This document shows, in pieces, positions 1 through 8,638 of a stretch of 50,487 nucleotides of DNA; position 1 is the first letter of the stretch; the number at the start of each line of letters is the position of its first letter. The position numbers and the translations under genes were made by a program. The notes under the pieces are model-generated. The model had not been told where the DNA came from, did no database searches, and saw only the letters and a program-made list of their open reading frames with translations. Source of the stretch: a virus; the IMG/VR virus record IMGVR_UViG_3300029852_000012, positions 1 through 50,487 of that record; one strand, given 5' to 3'.

Positions 1-99
1 GTCCAATGCAGATATTGATGCTCAGAGAAAATCAATGAATCCTACTAAGTACACTGTGGATATGGAATCAAATTCTACCAAGGGTCTTTCCACTGCAGC
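1..99. repeat. Terminal direct repeat (assembly overlap of a circular or terminally redundant genome), identical to 50389..50487
   Basis: The first 99 nt (gtccaatgcagatattgatg...cactgcagc) recur base for base as the last 99 nt of the window. The portal reading frame is preserved across the junction. Confidence 0.95.
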
Positions 100-736
100 T
101 GGTGCTTTCTGGGATTTGGGTTCAGACCAGAACTTGGACAACGCACATCCACAGGTTGGTTTGCTTGAGCCAAGTATGAACTACAGTGCCTCTCTTGACA
201 CTACACTTAAGCGAGTAAAGAAATCAGCTTACAATCAGGTTGACATGCCTGATATTGAAGAGGTGCAAGCTACAATCACAAGTGGCAAAGCACTCAAAGC
301 GATTTACTGGCCGCTGATTGTAAGGTGTAAAGAGAAAATGAAGATGTGGGGACCACAGCTCAGAAATATGGTTGACATCATTCTGCAAGGTGCAATGGTT
401 TATCCAAACTGCATTGAGAAATATATAAATGATGTAATTAGTCCTGTTGCATACGAAATTTCTATTGTTGGGAATCTTCCTATTCCTGAGGATGAAATTG
501 AAGAAAAGAACATGGACTTAGCTGAGGTTGAATCTAAGACTATGAGCCGTAAAGCTTATATGAAGAAGTGGAGAGGTCTTACCGACGATGAGGTTCAGGA
601 GGAACTTGAACAGATTGCACTTGAAAGGCAGATGCTTGAGGAAAGTTCATTTGCAGCTAGCGGCAATACTGAGCCGTATCCTTCTGGTGGCACAGGAAAT
701 CAGGATGAACCAACAGACGATGATGATATGATTTAA
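1..736 (+). CDS. Portal protein, 3' part (continues from 49562..50388 across the circular junction)
   Basis: Frame open from base 2 to TAA 734-736. It is in phase with ATG 49562 once the 99-nt overlap is collapsed (1563 nt, 520 aa). It lies directly upstream of the MuF minor head gene. Confidence 0.85.
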   Translation, partial: SNADIDAQRKSMNPTKYTVDMESNSTKGLSTAAGAFWDLGSDQNLDNAHPQVGLLEPSMNYSASLDTTLKRVKKSAYNQVDMPDIEEVQATITSGKALKAIYWPLIVRCKEKMKMWGPQLRNMVDIILQGAMVYPNCIEKYINDVISPVAYEISIVGNLPIPEDEIEEKNMDLAEVESKTMSRKAYMKKWRGLTDDEVQEELEQIALERQMLEESSFAASGNTEPYPSGGTGNQDEPTDDDDMI

Positions 737-752
737 GAAAGGAGATGCCATA

Positions 753-2357
753 ATGGCTAGCTTGATTTTTAAGGATGCTGAAGCAGCTAAAGCTGCTATT
801 ATGGCATCTCAGCAAAAAGAGATTGCAAAGCTCTATGAAGATTGGGCAGATGAGATTGGTGAGAGAGCTAAATACTACTCTCACAAATCCACTGCGAGCG
901 CTCCAGTGTCTGAGCGATATTACAGAGAATTGCAGAAGCAATTAAGGCAGACAAGTCAGGAAGTTTCCAATGAGGTTTATAAGAAAATAAAGGGAAATAT
1001 TTACCTCATTTCTGATGCCGTCGTTAAAGATAACGTAGACTGGCTCGCATCATTTGGTTTTTCTATGGAAGGATTGAATGCAGCTTTTAGTTATGTGCCA
1101 GATGAAATTGTAAGGAACCTGATTACGGGTCAGATATATGAAAGTGGTTGGAGCTTAAGTCAACGAATTTGGTCAGATAATGAGAAAACATTGAAAGACA
1201 TCTATCGAGTAATGGCTAAAGGTTTGGCTGAGAATAAACCGATATATGAAATTGCTAAAGACCTTGAAGTTTATGTAAGACCGGGTGCAAGATTGCCTTG
1301 GAATTTAACAGCTCCTGATGGTGTGAGAATTTTCAAGAAGCAAGTTGATTATAATGCTCAGCGGTTGGCAAGGACATTAGTTCAGCACGGGTATCAGCAA
1401 AGCTTTGTTGCTGTGACCAAGAATAATCCATTCATTACAGAATATGTATGGAGGAGTAATGGTAGTCGTGTATGTGAACTGTGTAAAGCACGTGATGGTC
1501 AGCATTACAAGAAAGATGAGTTACCTTTGGACCATCCGAATGGAATGTGTACGATGGAGCCTGTAGTTGCAAAGAATATGGTTGACCAGTTGGCAGATTG
1601 GTTTAATAGTCCCGATGGCACCTATCCAGAAATTGATGAATTTGCTGGCAACTTTGGATGGACTAAACAAACTTTGAAAAAAGATGTAGTTTCTACTGCA
1701 AAGAATAAAATTGTAAATGGTACAGATATATCGCAATCTTGGCAAAGAAGAGCAGACAAATTTGATTTTGAAATCGATGATGTTGTTGATGCTCAAGGTT
1801 TTAATGGGCTTCCAAATGTTGTTTCAGCACGCGAATTTGATGCAGCTGTTAAAAAATCTAATTTCATTGCGCAAAGAGTATACTCTGCTCCAAGTCAAGA
1901 TGTGCTTGATGCATATCGAAATCAACTTTATAATGGTAAATGGTATATTGATTGTTCTACCGGAGGTTCTGCATATGGAAAAGGTATGTATGGTACTTAT
2001 AGTCTTGGTACTAAAGTCACAGAAAAAATGAAACAAGACATGATTTCATATGGTTCAAATTTGAAATTTGCAAATGTAGAAACATTCACGTTGTCAGAAG
2101 ATGCAAAAATAATTACTTCATCTGAATTGACTAATCTTCAGATGGAATTTTCATCTAAAATTATGCGCTGGTTCAGAGAGCGTGGTGGTTTTAAAAATGA
2201 GGAAGCCGTTAAGTGGGCTGAAGATCGTTCTTTGCTTGTGAATGATTCTGGAACATTTGCAGCGTCTTTAGGATATGATGCAATAATTGTTGATAATGGA
2301 ATGGATAATTATTGCATTATATTAAACCGTACAAAAGTTATTTTCAAGAGGACATAA
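753..2357 (+). CDS. Minor head / head-morphogenesis protein (Mu F, SPP1 gp7 family) with ~230-aa C-terminal extension
   Basis: 534 aa. The central YVWRSNGSRVCELCKARDGQHYKKDELPLDHPNGMCTMEPV matches the Phage_Mu_F signature. It follows the portal gene. The C-terminal third has no match to the MuF core. Confidence 0.85.
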   Translation: MASLIFKDAEAAKAAIMASQQKEIAKLYEDWADEIGERAKYYSHKSTASAPVSERYYRELQKQLRQTSQEVSNEVYKKIKGNIYLISDAVVKDNVDWLASFGFSMEGLNAAFSYVPDEIVRNLITGQIYESGWSLSQRIWSDNEKTLKDIYRVMAKGLAENKPIYEIAKDLEVYVRPGARLPWNLTAPDGVRIFKKQVDYNAQRLARTLVQHGYQQSFVAVTKNNPFITEYVWRSNGSRVCELCKARDGQHYKKDELPLDHPNGMCTMEPVVAKNMVDQLADWFNSPDGTYPEIDEFAGNFGWTKQTLKKDVVSTAKNKIVNGTDISQSWQRRADKFDFEIDDVVDAQGFNGLPNVVSAREFDAAVKKSNFIAQRVYSAPSQDVLDAYRNQLYNGKWYIDCSTGGSAYGKGMYGTYSLGTKVTEKMKQDMISYGSNLKFANVETFTLSEDAKIITSSELTNLQMEFSSKIMRWFRERGGFKNEEAVKWAEDRSLLVNDSGTFAASLGYDAIIVDNGMDNYCIILNRTKVIFKRT

Positions 2358-2361
2358 TATT

Positions 2362-2472
2362 ATGATTGAATTTGTAAGAAATAAAAAAACGGGTATTCTT
2401 GAGGTTTGGAAAGATGGAATTAAAATTGGTGTTGTTACAACGATGGGTGATAAGATTGCAGAAGCAAAATGA
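2362..2472 (+). CDS. Small ORF (36 aa), hypothetical; possible partner or immunity gene of the MuF C-terminal domain
   Basis: ATG 2362 lies 5 nt after the MuF stop. Translation is MIEFVRNKKTGILEVWKDGIKIGVVTTMGDKIAEAK, ending at TGA 2470-2472. It is below the ORF-track length cutoff. Confidence 0.35.
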   Translation: MIEFVRNKKTGILEVWKDGIKIGVVTTMGDKIAEAK

Positions 2473-2497
2473 ATATGGTAGCACTAACCAACAAGAG

Positions 2498-2605
2498 CCC
2501 CCAGATTAAACAAGATGACTTCTGGTTAACTTTAATGATTTGGATTATAAAATCCTTATTAAAAGATTTTGATTTAACCCGAATGATTCTGGAACCTCTG
2601 GTGGG
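2498..2605. repeat. Palindromic CCAGR/YCTGG intergenic element, copy A
   Basis: Left CCAGA at 2501, internal CTGG at 2522, AT-rich core, right CTGG at 2589 and 2598. Shares an exact 20-mer (2515..2534, atgacttctggttaacttta) with copy D (44706..44725). Confidence 0.7.
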
Positions 2606-2676
2606 TATTATAATTTTGGATATTTTGATAGGCCTAAAAATAATCGAAATAAAGTTCAAAACTTTTAAAAAAAGGG

Positions 2677-2705
2677 TGTACAAAATATCTGATTTGTGGT
2701 ATAAT
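2677..2705 (+). promoter_or_regulatory. Promoter P1: TGTACA-N17-TATAAT with TGn extended -10 and upstream A-tract element
   Basis: TGTACA 2677-2682, 17-nt spacer, tgGTATAAT with TATAAT at 2700-2705. Upstream is gttcaaaacttttaaaaaaa. One of 8 near-identical copies. Confidence 0.7.
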
Positions 2706-2753
2706 AAACTCAAGTGGTAAGGTTGCTAGAAATTAAAAAGGAGAAGGAATCCT

Positions 2754-3164
2754 ATGGATAAAAATGAGTGTAAGCAAATGACGCTTTTGGTCGAGTGTGA
2801 AAACTGCAAACAGAAATTTCAGGTTGGAGAACAGAATGCGGTAACTCACAAGCATAAGTTTGTTGTGGAAGGTGAAGTAATTTACTTGACATATTACGAT
2901 TGTCCAAGTTGTGGCAGACGTCATTTTGTTCAGATTGATAACGATAAAACTTTGCAGCAACTAAATGATGTTACTTCAAGGTTTAAGAGTTTATCGGTCA
3001 AACGAATTAAAGACCAGCAAATTTCAAGAAAACAATCGGCAAGATTTGAGAAGGCACGAAAGCACCTGGCTAATAATAGGATTGAATTGATGAAGAAATA
3101 TACCGGTAAGTTGGTGCACGACAACGAAACGGATTCTGACTTTGAGCTGAGGTTTTCGGTATGA
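2754..3164 (+). CDS. Zn-ribbon protein (CxxC...CPxC) with helical C-terminus, hypothetical
   Basis: 136 aa with AGGAGA RBS. Contains CENCKQKF...CPSCGRRH. Paralogous in architecture to the next gene. Confidence 0.7.
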   Translation: MDKNECKQMTLLVECENCKQKFQVGEQNAVTHKHKFVVEGEVIYLTYYDCPSCGRRHFVQIDNDKTLQQLNDVTSRFKSLSVKRIKDQQISRKQSARFEKARKHLANNRIELMKKYTGKLVHDNETDSDFELRFSV

Positions 3165-3550
3165 GTCAAGAGAAAACAATTACGTGTAATGAATGTGGAT
3201 TTGAGTGGCCTCTCAACGCCGTACAGATACAAGAGGAACAAATTGAAATTGAGAATGAAAAGTTACGTTTAAGTTTCTTTACGTGTCCAAAGTGTAATAA
3301 GATTTACCGGGTAGCTTTAATGGATGCTCGTTATGATGAATTAAAAATGGACCTTGAGAAAGCAAAAAGGAGAATACGAAGAAATAATGGTAGCAATAAC
3401 GAGGAGCTGGCCAGAGTGCTTACTAATGCAGCCAATAAAAAGTTAGAACGATTAAGAAATCATGTAGACAAATTGGCAGCAAAATATTCAGGGACATTTA
3501 CCTATGTGGTGTCCGAAAATAAGCACAAGGAACTTGTATATCTACCATGA
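3161..3550 (+). CDS. Zn-ribbon protein, paralogue of 2754..3164, hypothetical
   Basis: 129 aa. Contains CNECGFEW...CPKCNKIY followed by a basic helical region and K(K)Y(S/T)G. Its start overlaps the upstream stop (ATGA). Confidence 0.7.
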   Translation: MSQEKTITCNECGFEWPLNAVQIQEEQIEIENEKLRLSFFTCPKCNKIYRVALMDARYDELKMDLEKAKRRIRRNNGSNNEELARVLTNAANKKLERLRNHVDKLAAKYSGTFTYVVSENKHKELVYLP

Positions 3551-3581
3551 GTATCATGGAATTTTGAAAGGAGAAAATAAA

Positions 3582-4277
3582 ATGGCTGAAGAAAAGAAAG
3601 ACCTCATTGACGAGGAAGTGGAGAACAACGAGGAAGTTGAGGACCAGAACGAATCTGGAAAAGCTGGTTTTTCTGATAATAAAGGCAGTGAGTCTAAGGG
3701 TAATGAATCGAACAAGCCTGCCGGTAAAACATTTACGCAGGAGCAGGTAAATCGTATGATGACTCGAGAAAAGAATCAAGGTCGTAATGCGGCTTATAAA
3801 GAGCTTGGTATTGACCCGAAAGATACTAAGATGGTGAATATGTTTAAGGCTTTTGTTGAGAGTCAGAAAACAGAAGACCAAAAAGCTGCTGAAAAACAGA
3901 ATGAAGACCAGCGAGCAATTGAAGAGGCGAACAATCGTGCTCTTGTAGCTGAAGCAAAAGCTGAAGCAATGACTATGGGTGTTAAAGCCCAGTATGTTGA
4001 GGACATCGTAACGTTGGCACTTTCTAAGCTGACTGAAGATGGTGACCTCAAAACAATCATTGGTGAGTTTAAGACCAAATATCCTGTTTGGTTTGGTGTT
4101 GAAGAAGAGGATAAGGACGATAAAGGTTCTAAGACTGGTCAGAAAGGTACAGGCTCTTCTGTGAAATCTGCCGATAAGACCAAAAAGGGTGAGGAAAATA
4201 AAGGCCTTGGTCAGAGACTTGCCGCACAGCGTCGTGGTAATGGAAAGAAATCCAGTTACTGGGGCAAGAATAAGTAA
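3582..4277 (+). CDS. Scaffolding protein
   Basis: ATG 3582 follows GGAGAA. 231 aa, highly charged and helical (MAEEKKDLIDEEVENNEE...), with a basic C-terminus. Lies immediately upstream of the decoration-like and capsid genes. Confidence 0.7.
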   Translation: MAEEKKDLIDEEVENNEEVEDQNESGKAGFSDNKGSESKGNESNKPAGKTFTQEQVNRMMTREKNQGRNAAYKELGIDPKDTKMVNMFKAFVESQKTEDQKAAEKQNEDQRAIEEANNRALVAEAKAEAMTMGVKAQYVEDIVTLALSKLTEDGDLKTIIGEFKTKYPVWFGVEEEDKDDKGSKTGQKGTGSSVKSADKTKKGEENKGLGQRLAAQRRGNGKKSSYWGKNK

Positions 4278-4293
4278 TTAGGAGGTAAATGAA

Positions 4294-4680
4294 ATGTTGA
4301 ATCGTAGTGGTATTTCTAAGACTACTCTGACTGCAACTAGGCAGATTCTTGCTAATGTTGAGCTTCAGAGTTCTGTTGGTTGTATCGTGCCTAAAGCTCT
4401 TGGCGTTGCTGTAGGTTCCAAGACAATTGCAAAAGCAGGTACTCCTATCAAGATTGATTTGATGAATCTTCAGACAGCAGCTGTTAAGGCTGATGGTACT
4501 ACAGCTCTCAATGCCGTGTTGCTTCACGACGTTGATGTAACTGACGGCAATGCTAATGGCACTGCCTTGATTTTTGGTTTTGTGAACGTGAATCGTGTGG
4601 ATTCCGACGTTGCTACTGCAATCACTACTGCACTTGGTGCGACCGGTGTCTCTAAACAGATTACGTTCATGAAGGCGTAA
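4294..4680 (+). CDS. Head decoration-like protein (putative)
   Basis: 128 aa, Ala/Gly/Thr/Val-rich. It occupies the lambda gpD position between scaffold and E-like capsid. RBS is AGGAGG. Confidence 0.5.
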   Translation: MLNRSGISKTTLTATRQILANVELQSSVGCIVPKALGVAVGSKTIAKAGTPIKIDLMNLQTAAVKADGTTALNAVLLHDVDVTDGNANGTALIFGFVNVNRVDSDVATAITTALGATGVSKQITFMKA

Positions 4681-4699
4681 GAGAAGGAGGAAATAAGAG

Positions 4700-5734
4700 A
4701 TGACTATTTTCGATTTGATGCAGAGTACTGAACTCGTTGCATATTGGGAAGAGCTCACTCAGGACGAAGCTCCGTATCCTTGCGAAGAGCTGTTCCCTGA
4801 TGACAAGAAGCGTGGCATTTCCCTCAAGTGGATTAAGGGTTCCAAAGGTCTCCCTGTTGTGCTTAAGACTTCTGCTTTTGATGTGCATGCGATTCCTCGT
4901 GCGCGTATCGGCTTTGATAAGCTCACTGCAGAGATGCCTTATTTCAAGGAGTCTACTTATATCGATGAAGAGCTTCGTCAGGAACTCAATCTTGTTCTTG
5001 AGACTGGCAATCAGGCTTACATCGATTCCGTTATGAACAAGATTTTTGACGATGAAACTCGTCTGCTTCGTGGTGCTGCCGCTTCTCGTGAGAGAATGCG
5101 TATGATGGCGCTTACTACCGGTGTTATTTCTATGGCTGCTAATGGCCAGAGTTTCACCTTTGATTATGGTGTAACTCATAAGGGTAATGCTACTGTTGCA
5201 TGGTCTAATCATGCTACTTCTGACCCGATCGAGGACATCAGAGTTGCAAAGGAAACCATTCAGGATGAGACCGGCGCTACTATCACTCGTGCTATGTGTG
5301 ATGGTGCTACTTGGAGAGATATCCGCAACAATGAAAAGATTAAGAAGGCAATTTTTGTTCTTACCAACGGTGCTGGTGCTATCTCTGATAAGCAGCTTCG
5401 TCAGTACATTATGGACGAGCTTGAAATCGAAGTTGTTGTTAACGATAAGCGTTACAAGGATGAGACCGGTGCTACTGCTAAGTTTATGCCTGAGAACACC
5501 TTCGTTATGTTCCCTGATGGTGACCTTGGTAAGACCTGGTTTGGTACTACTCCTGCAGAGTCTGACCTCATGTCTGGTTCTGTTGCGAATGTGTCTATCA
5601 CTGATACCGGTGTTGCCGTTACTACTGTTCAGAAGGCTGACCCTGTTCAGGTTGAGACTATCGTTTCTATGATTTGTCTGCCTTCCTTTGAAGCGGCTGA
5701 CCAGGTTTATATTCTGGACACCACCGCAGAATAA
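4700..5734 (+). CDS. Major capsid protein (lambda gpE-like family)
   Basis: 344 aa. The N-terminus MTIFDLMQSTELVAYWEEL... and overall composition are typical of E-like capsid proteins. Strong RBS and a position after the scaffold gene. Confidence 0.8.
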   Translation: MTIFDLMQSTELVAYWEELTQDEAPYPCEELFPDDKKRGISLKWIKGSKGLPVVLKTSAFDVHAIPRARIGFDKLTAEMPYFKESTYIDEELRQELNLVLETGNQAYIDSVMNKIFDDETRLLRGAAASRERMRMMALTTGVISMAANGQSFTFDYGVTHKGNATVAWSNHATSDPIEDIRVAKETIQDETGATITRAMCDGATWRDIRNNEKIKKAIFVLTNGAGAISDKQLRQYIMDELEIEVVVNDKRYKDETGATAKFMPENTFVMFPDGDLGKTWFGTTPAESDLMSGSVANVSITDTGVAVTTVQKADPVQVETIVSMICLPSFEAADQVYILDTTAE

Positions 5735-5746
5735 GGAGGTACGAGC

Positions 5747-6061
5747 ATGGTTAAGATTACGAATGGTGTAAATGTGTTCGAAGTAACTCGTGGCGCCTTT
5801 GATGGGATTTATTCCCGTCAAGGGTACACGATTATGGACGAGAACAAGAAAGCTGAAGCTCCGGCTGTACCTGTTGCTCCTGAAAAGACCGAGGATGAGA
5901 TTTTTGTGGAAGAGATTCTTGAAAAGCCTATTTCTCAGTGGAATAAGGAAGAGGTAAAGCGTTTCGCAGCTATCAAGGAAATCGACATTTCCGGCACCAA
6001 GAATGCCAATGAAGCTAAGGAGATTATCAAGTCATTCCTTGAAGCTCAGGAACAGGAATAA
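5747..6061 (+). CDS. Hypothetical head-module protein with C-terminal HeH/SAP-like motif
   Basis: 104 aa. WNKEEVKRFAAIKEIDISGTKNANEAKEIIKSFL resembles the Rho-N/SAP helix-extended-helix motif. Confidence 0.6.
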   Translation: MVKITNGVNVFEVTRGAFDGIYSRQGYTIMDENKKAEAPAVPVAPEKTEDEIFVEEILEKPISQWNKEEVKRFAAIKEIDISGTKNANEAKEIIKSFLEAQEQE

Positions 6062-6073
6062 GAGGTGAACTCC

Positions 6074-6328
6074 ATGACGGATATTGAGAGGATTAAAAAG
6101 GAAATACGAGAAGCTCAGTCTCCGTACTTTGATGAAGACGACTTCCAGTACTACCTTGATAAGAATCATGGCAATGTGGATGTTACCATCTATGAGATGC
6201 TTATTATCAAGTCTGAAGATTCTACAATCTCCGTCAGTGGTTTGTCCACTCAGGACACTTCAGCTTATTTTAAGCGATTGGCTTCCCGTTATAAACCGTT
6301 TAATTCCGGTGAATTGATGGGAGGTTGA
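6074..6328 (+). CDS. Head-tail connector (adaptor) protein, putative
   Basis: 84 aa from ATG 6074, which has better SD spacing than GTG 6065. Call rests on synteny after the capsid gene. Confidence 0.5.
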   Translation: MTDIERIKKEIREAQSPYFDEDDFQYYLDKNHGNVDVTIYEMLIIKSEDSTISVSGLSTQDTSAYFKRLASRYKPFNSGELMGG

Positions 6329-6332
6329 TGTC

Positions 6333-6716
6333 ATGATTAACACGAGGTTTGAAGCTTACAAATTAAAAAGAGAGTTAAAAAGAAGTGGTATCGATTACGA
6401 GTTTCAGAGACTTGGGGTAAATGACTTTGGTGAACCTGATGATGAGCCAACTGTGGTAGGCAGTCTTAAAGGATTGTATCATGAGCAGAATAGTAATATT
6501 GAAATTACGACAGGTGACACAACACGAGTTCGCACAAAGAAGATTCCCATGATACTCTGTTTGTTTGATGATGCCACTTCTTTAGCTTTAAAGATTGATG
6601 ACTTTCTGTTTATCAATAAGAAAAAGTTCAAGGTGACCGGAATCGTAAACATTCAAGAATGGAGTATCATTTCAGATATTTCATTGGAGGTGGTTGACGA
6701 TGGCGTTCAGTCTTGA
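6333..6716 (+). CDS. Head closure / head-tail joining protein, putative
   Basis: 127 aa. Call rests on its position in the connector gene string. Confidence 0.45.
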   Translation: MINTRFEAYKLKRELKRSGIDYEFQRLGVNDFGEPDDEPTVVGSLKGLYHEQNSNIEITTGDTTRVRTKKIPMILCLFDDATSLALKIDDFLFINKKKFKVTGIVNIQEWSIISDISLEVVDDGVQS

Positions 6717-7062
6717 TTATAATGGAAGTTCTTTGAAGAAAAATTTGGATAATATGTCCACAAAGCTTGGTGCAGTGATTTTGATGTATTCTGCAACGAA
6801 AGCAGCGGAATTACAATCCAAGATGAAGTTAAACCGACCTTGGACTGATAGAACTGGTATGGCAAAAGCAATGTTGTCTGCCAAAGTTTCTCAGCCCTCT
6901 CAGAATATAGTACGAATTACATTAGCTCATGGTGTATCGTATGGTATTTGGTTGGAACTTGCACATGAAAAGAATTATGCAATCATCGCACCGACTATCA
7001 GAGAGGAAGGTCCAAGAATTGTCGAGGACTTAGGTGACCTGATGTCGAGATTAAAGTTGTGA
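6700..7062 (+). CDS. HK97 gp10-like tail-completion protein, putative
   Basis: ATG 6700 follows GGAGGTGG. Contains ...NRPWTDRTGMAKAML.... Size (~120 aa) and position fit the family. Confidence 0.5.
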   Translation: MAFSLDYNGSSLKKNLDNMSTKLGAVILMYSATKAAELQSKMKLNRPWTDRTGMAKAMLSAKVSQPSQNIVRITLAHGVSYGIWLELAHEKNYAIIAPTIREEGPRIVEDLGDLMSRLKL

Positions 7063-7072
7063 GGTGATTGAT

Positions 7073-7456
7073 ATGATTGACAGTAAGTTTGAGTATGCTG
7101 AAAGCAGGTGGCAAGATATTTATTTGCACTTGAAGAAAGCAGGCTTTAATGTGTATTCACCAGGCATTAAAACAGGTGAATGTACGAAAGAATACTTAGT
7201 GGTAAAAAACGATGGTTCGTCAAAGCATGCGTCGTTTAGTACTGACAATGACTTCTATGCGGTTATGTGTTATGTGCCACGAAATAAGTATAGTACTTTA
7301 GAGCCTTTGGTTCAAAGAGTAAAAGAAGCCATGAAAGATTTGGAGCCAATGATACTTCCGTATGGAACCCAGACATCAAGTTATTATGATGATAGTTTCA
7401 AAGCTCACATGGTTAGCATAGAGTATAAGAACTATAAAAAGATAACGAGGAGGTAA
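7073..7456 (+). CDS. Tail terminator / tail-completion protein, putative
   Basis: 127 aa. It is the last gene before the major tail gene. Confidence 0.45.
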   Translation: MIDSKFEYAESRWQDIYLHLKKAGFNVYSPGIKTGECTKEYLVVKNDGSSKHASFSTDNDFYAVMCYVPRNKYSTLEPLVQRVKEAMKDLEPMILPYGTQTSSYYDDSFKAHMVSIEYKNYKKITRR

Positions 7457-7461
7457 TGATA

Positions 7462-8070
7462 ATGGCTAATACTGTTAAGAAGTCTAAAGCTGAAATCGCA
7501 ACGATTGATGTGTCGTTGGTAACGATTGAAGTTGATGGCACTGAGTTTGGGTTTGATACTGCAAGCTCCATTGAAGTTGAGCCTCAGATTAACGAAGAAG
7601 ATGCAATCACCCTTGTTGTAAAGGGTATTCTTCGAGCTCAGAAGCCTGCTGTATCTACAATCACCGGAAACCAGATTACGTTGACTGACAACGTATTCAA
7701 TCCTGAGCTTGTTCAGGTCCTTCAGGGTGGTAAGATTAAGTATTGGACTAGTGCAGAACATACAACCGAAGGTGATGCCGATGCTGGTTTTGGTATTTCG
7801 TCTTATACTCCGCCTGTCGCCGGTTCCGCAGATAAGGGTAAGGTATTTAAGCTGAATGCTTACTCTGCAAATTATGATGCTTCTGGGCAGATTGTTCAGT
7901 ATGAGAAGATTACGTATCCAAACTGTCAGGGCACGCCAGTTGCGCTTAATTCTGAAGATGGTGCGTTCCGAGCTCCGGAGTATACCATCAACAGTGCTCC
8001 TAAGTCTAATGAAGCACCGTATGTTATTACGTATGTTGATGAGCTTCCTGAACTTCAGGCTTCAGAGTAG
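7462..8070 (+). CDS. Major tail protein
   Basis: ATG 7462 lies 8 nt after GAGGAGG. 202 aa, beta-rich. Followed by the chaperone and tape measure genes. Confidence 0.7.
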   Translation: MANTVKKSKAEIATIDVSLVTIEVDGTEFGFDTASSIEVEPQINEEDAITLVVKGILRAQKPAVSTITGNQITLTDNVFNPELVQVLQGGKIKYWTSAEHTTEGDADAGFGISSYTPPVAGSADKGKVFKLNAYSANYDASGQIVQYEKITYPNCQGTPVALNSEDGAFRAPEYTINSAPKSNEAPYVITYVDELPELQASE

Positions 8071-8124
8071 TTAAGTTAACTTAAATTGAGAATGAATTGA
8101 ATTAAAGAAAGGAAAGTGAGAAAA

Positions 8125-8625
8125 ATGAATGAATATGGAAACAGTGGTCAGTTTACGGGAGGAATGCAGCAGATTCCAGTTGTACCTCAGCAGAGCGTTA
8201 GAGCACAGGTGAAGCCTGTAAATGGTGATGAACCGATGAACATTACATCTCTTGCAGATTTGCAGAGTTATGCAGCTGGTACGGTTGTTCGTTTCCCTGA
8301 CTTTGCGGAAGGTCAGCCTTTTGTAGCTCGCGTTCGTAGGCCGAGTATGCTTGTTCTTGCTAAGCAGGGTAAAATTCCGAATAGTTTGCTTTTTGCAGCA
8401 AGTGAGCTGTTTGCAAAAGGTGGTGGGGGTATGGACCCTGACAATGTAAACATGCTGAGTGACATGTATGGTATCATGGAGGTAATTGCTAAGTCTTGTC
8501 TGATTGAGCCTACTTACGATGAAATCATCGGTTCGGGTATGGAATTGTCTGACGATCAGATTACTGCGATTTTCAATTATACGCAGAGAGGTGTAAAAGC
8601 ACTCGAATCCTTTCGTAAAGAGTAA
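8125..8625 (+). CDS. Tail assembly chaperone (gpG-like)
   Basis: About 166 aa. It sits between the major tail and tape measure genes. GTG 8116 is an alternative start. Confidence 0.6.
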   Translation: MNEYGNSGQFTGGMQQIPVVPQQSVRAQVKPVNGDEPMNITSLADLQSYAAGTVVRFPDFAEGQPFVARVRRPSMLVLAKQGKIPNSLLFAASELFAKGGGGMDPDNVNMLSDMYGIMEVIAKSCLIEPTYDEIIGSGMELSDDQITAIFNYTQRGVKALESFRKE

Positions 8626-8638
8626 GAACATTCTAAAC

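Noticed and set aside
2498-2605. The four CCAGR/YCTGG elements as a CRISPR array or as tRNA-like or att sites
   Set aside because: The copies are 2-31 kb apart rather than in a regularly spaced array with short spacers. Each is internally palindromic. There is no cloverleaf and no integrase in the genome.
2469-2720. 83-aa + strand ORF spanning 2469..2720
   Set aside because: It runs through palindromic element A and promoter P1 (UP element, -35 and -10). It has no RBS and gives an Ile/Leu/Lys-rich translation typical of AT-rich non-coding DNA.
4667-5821. 384-aa minus-strand ORF, together with other long minus-strand ORFs such as 22362..23228, 25276..26019, 4129..4758 and 10654..11262
   Set aside because: Each lies antisense to a + strand gene that has clear family motifs and an RBS. 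Their translations are low-complexity (Ser/Leu/Arg/Asn-rich) and lack SD sequences. They are shadow ORFs.
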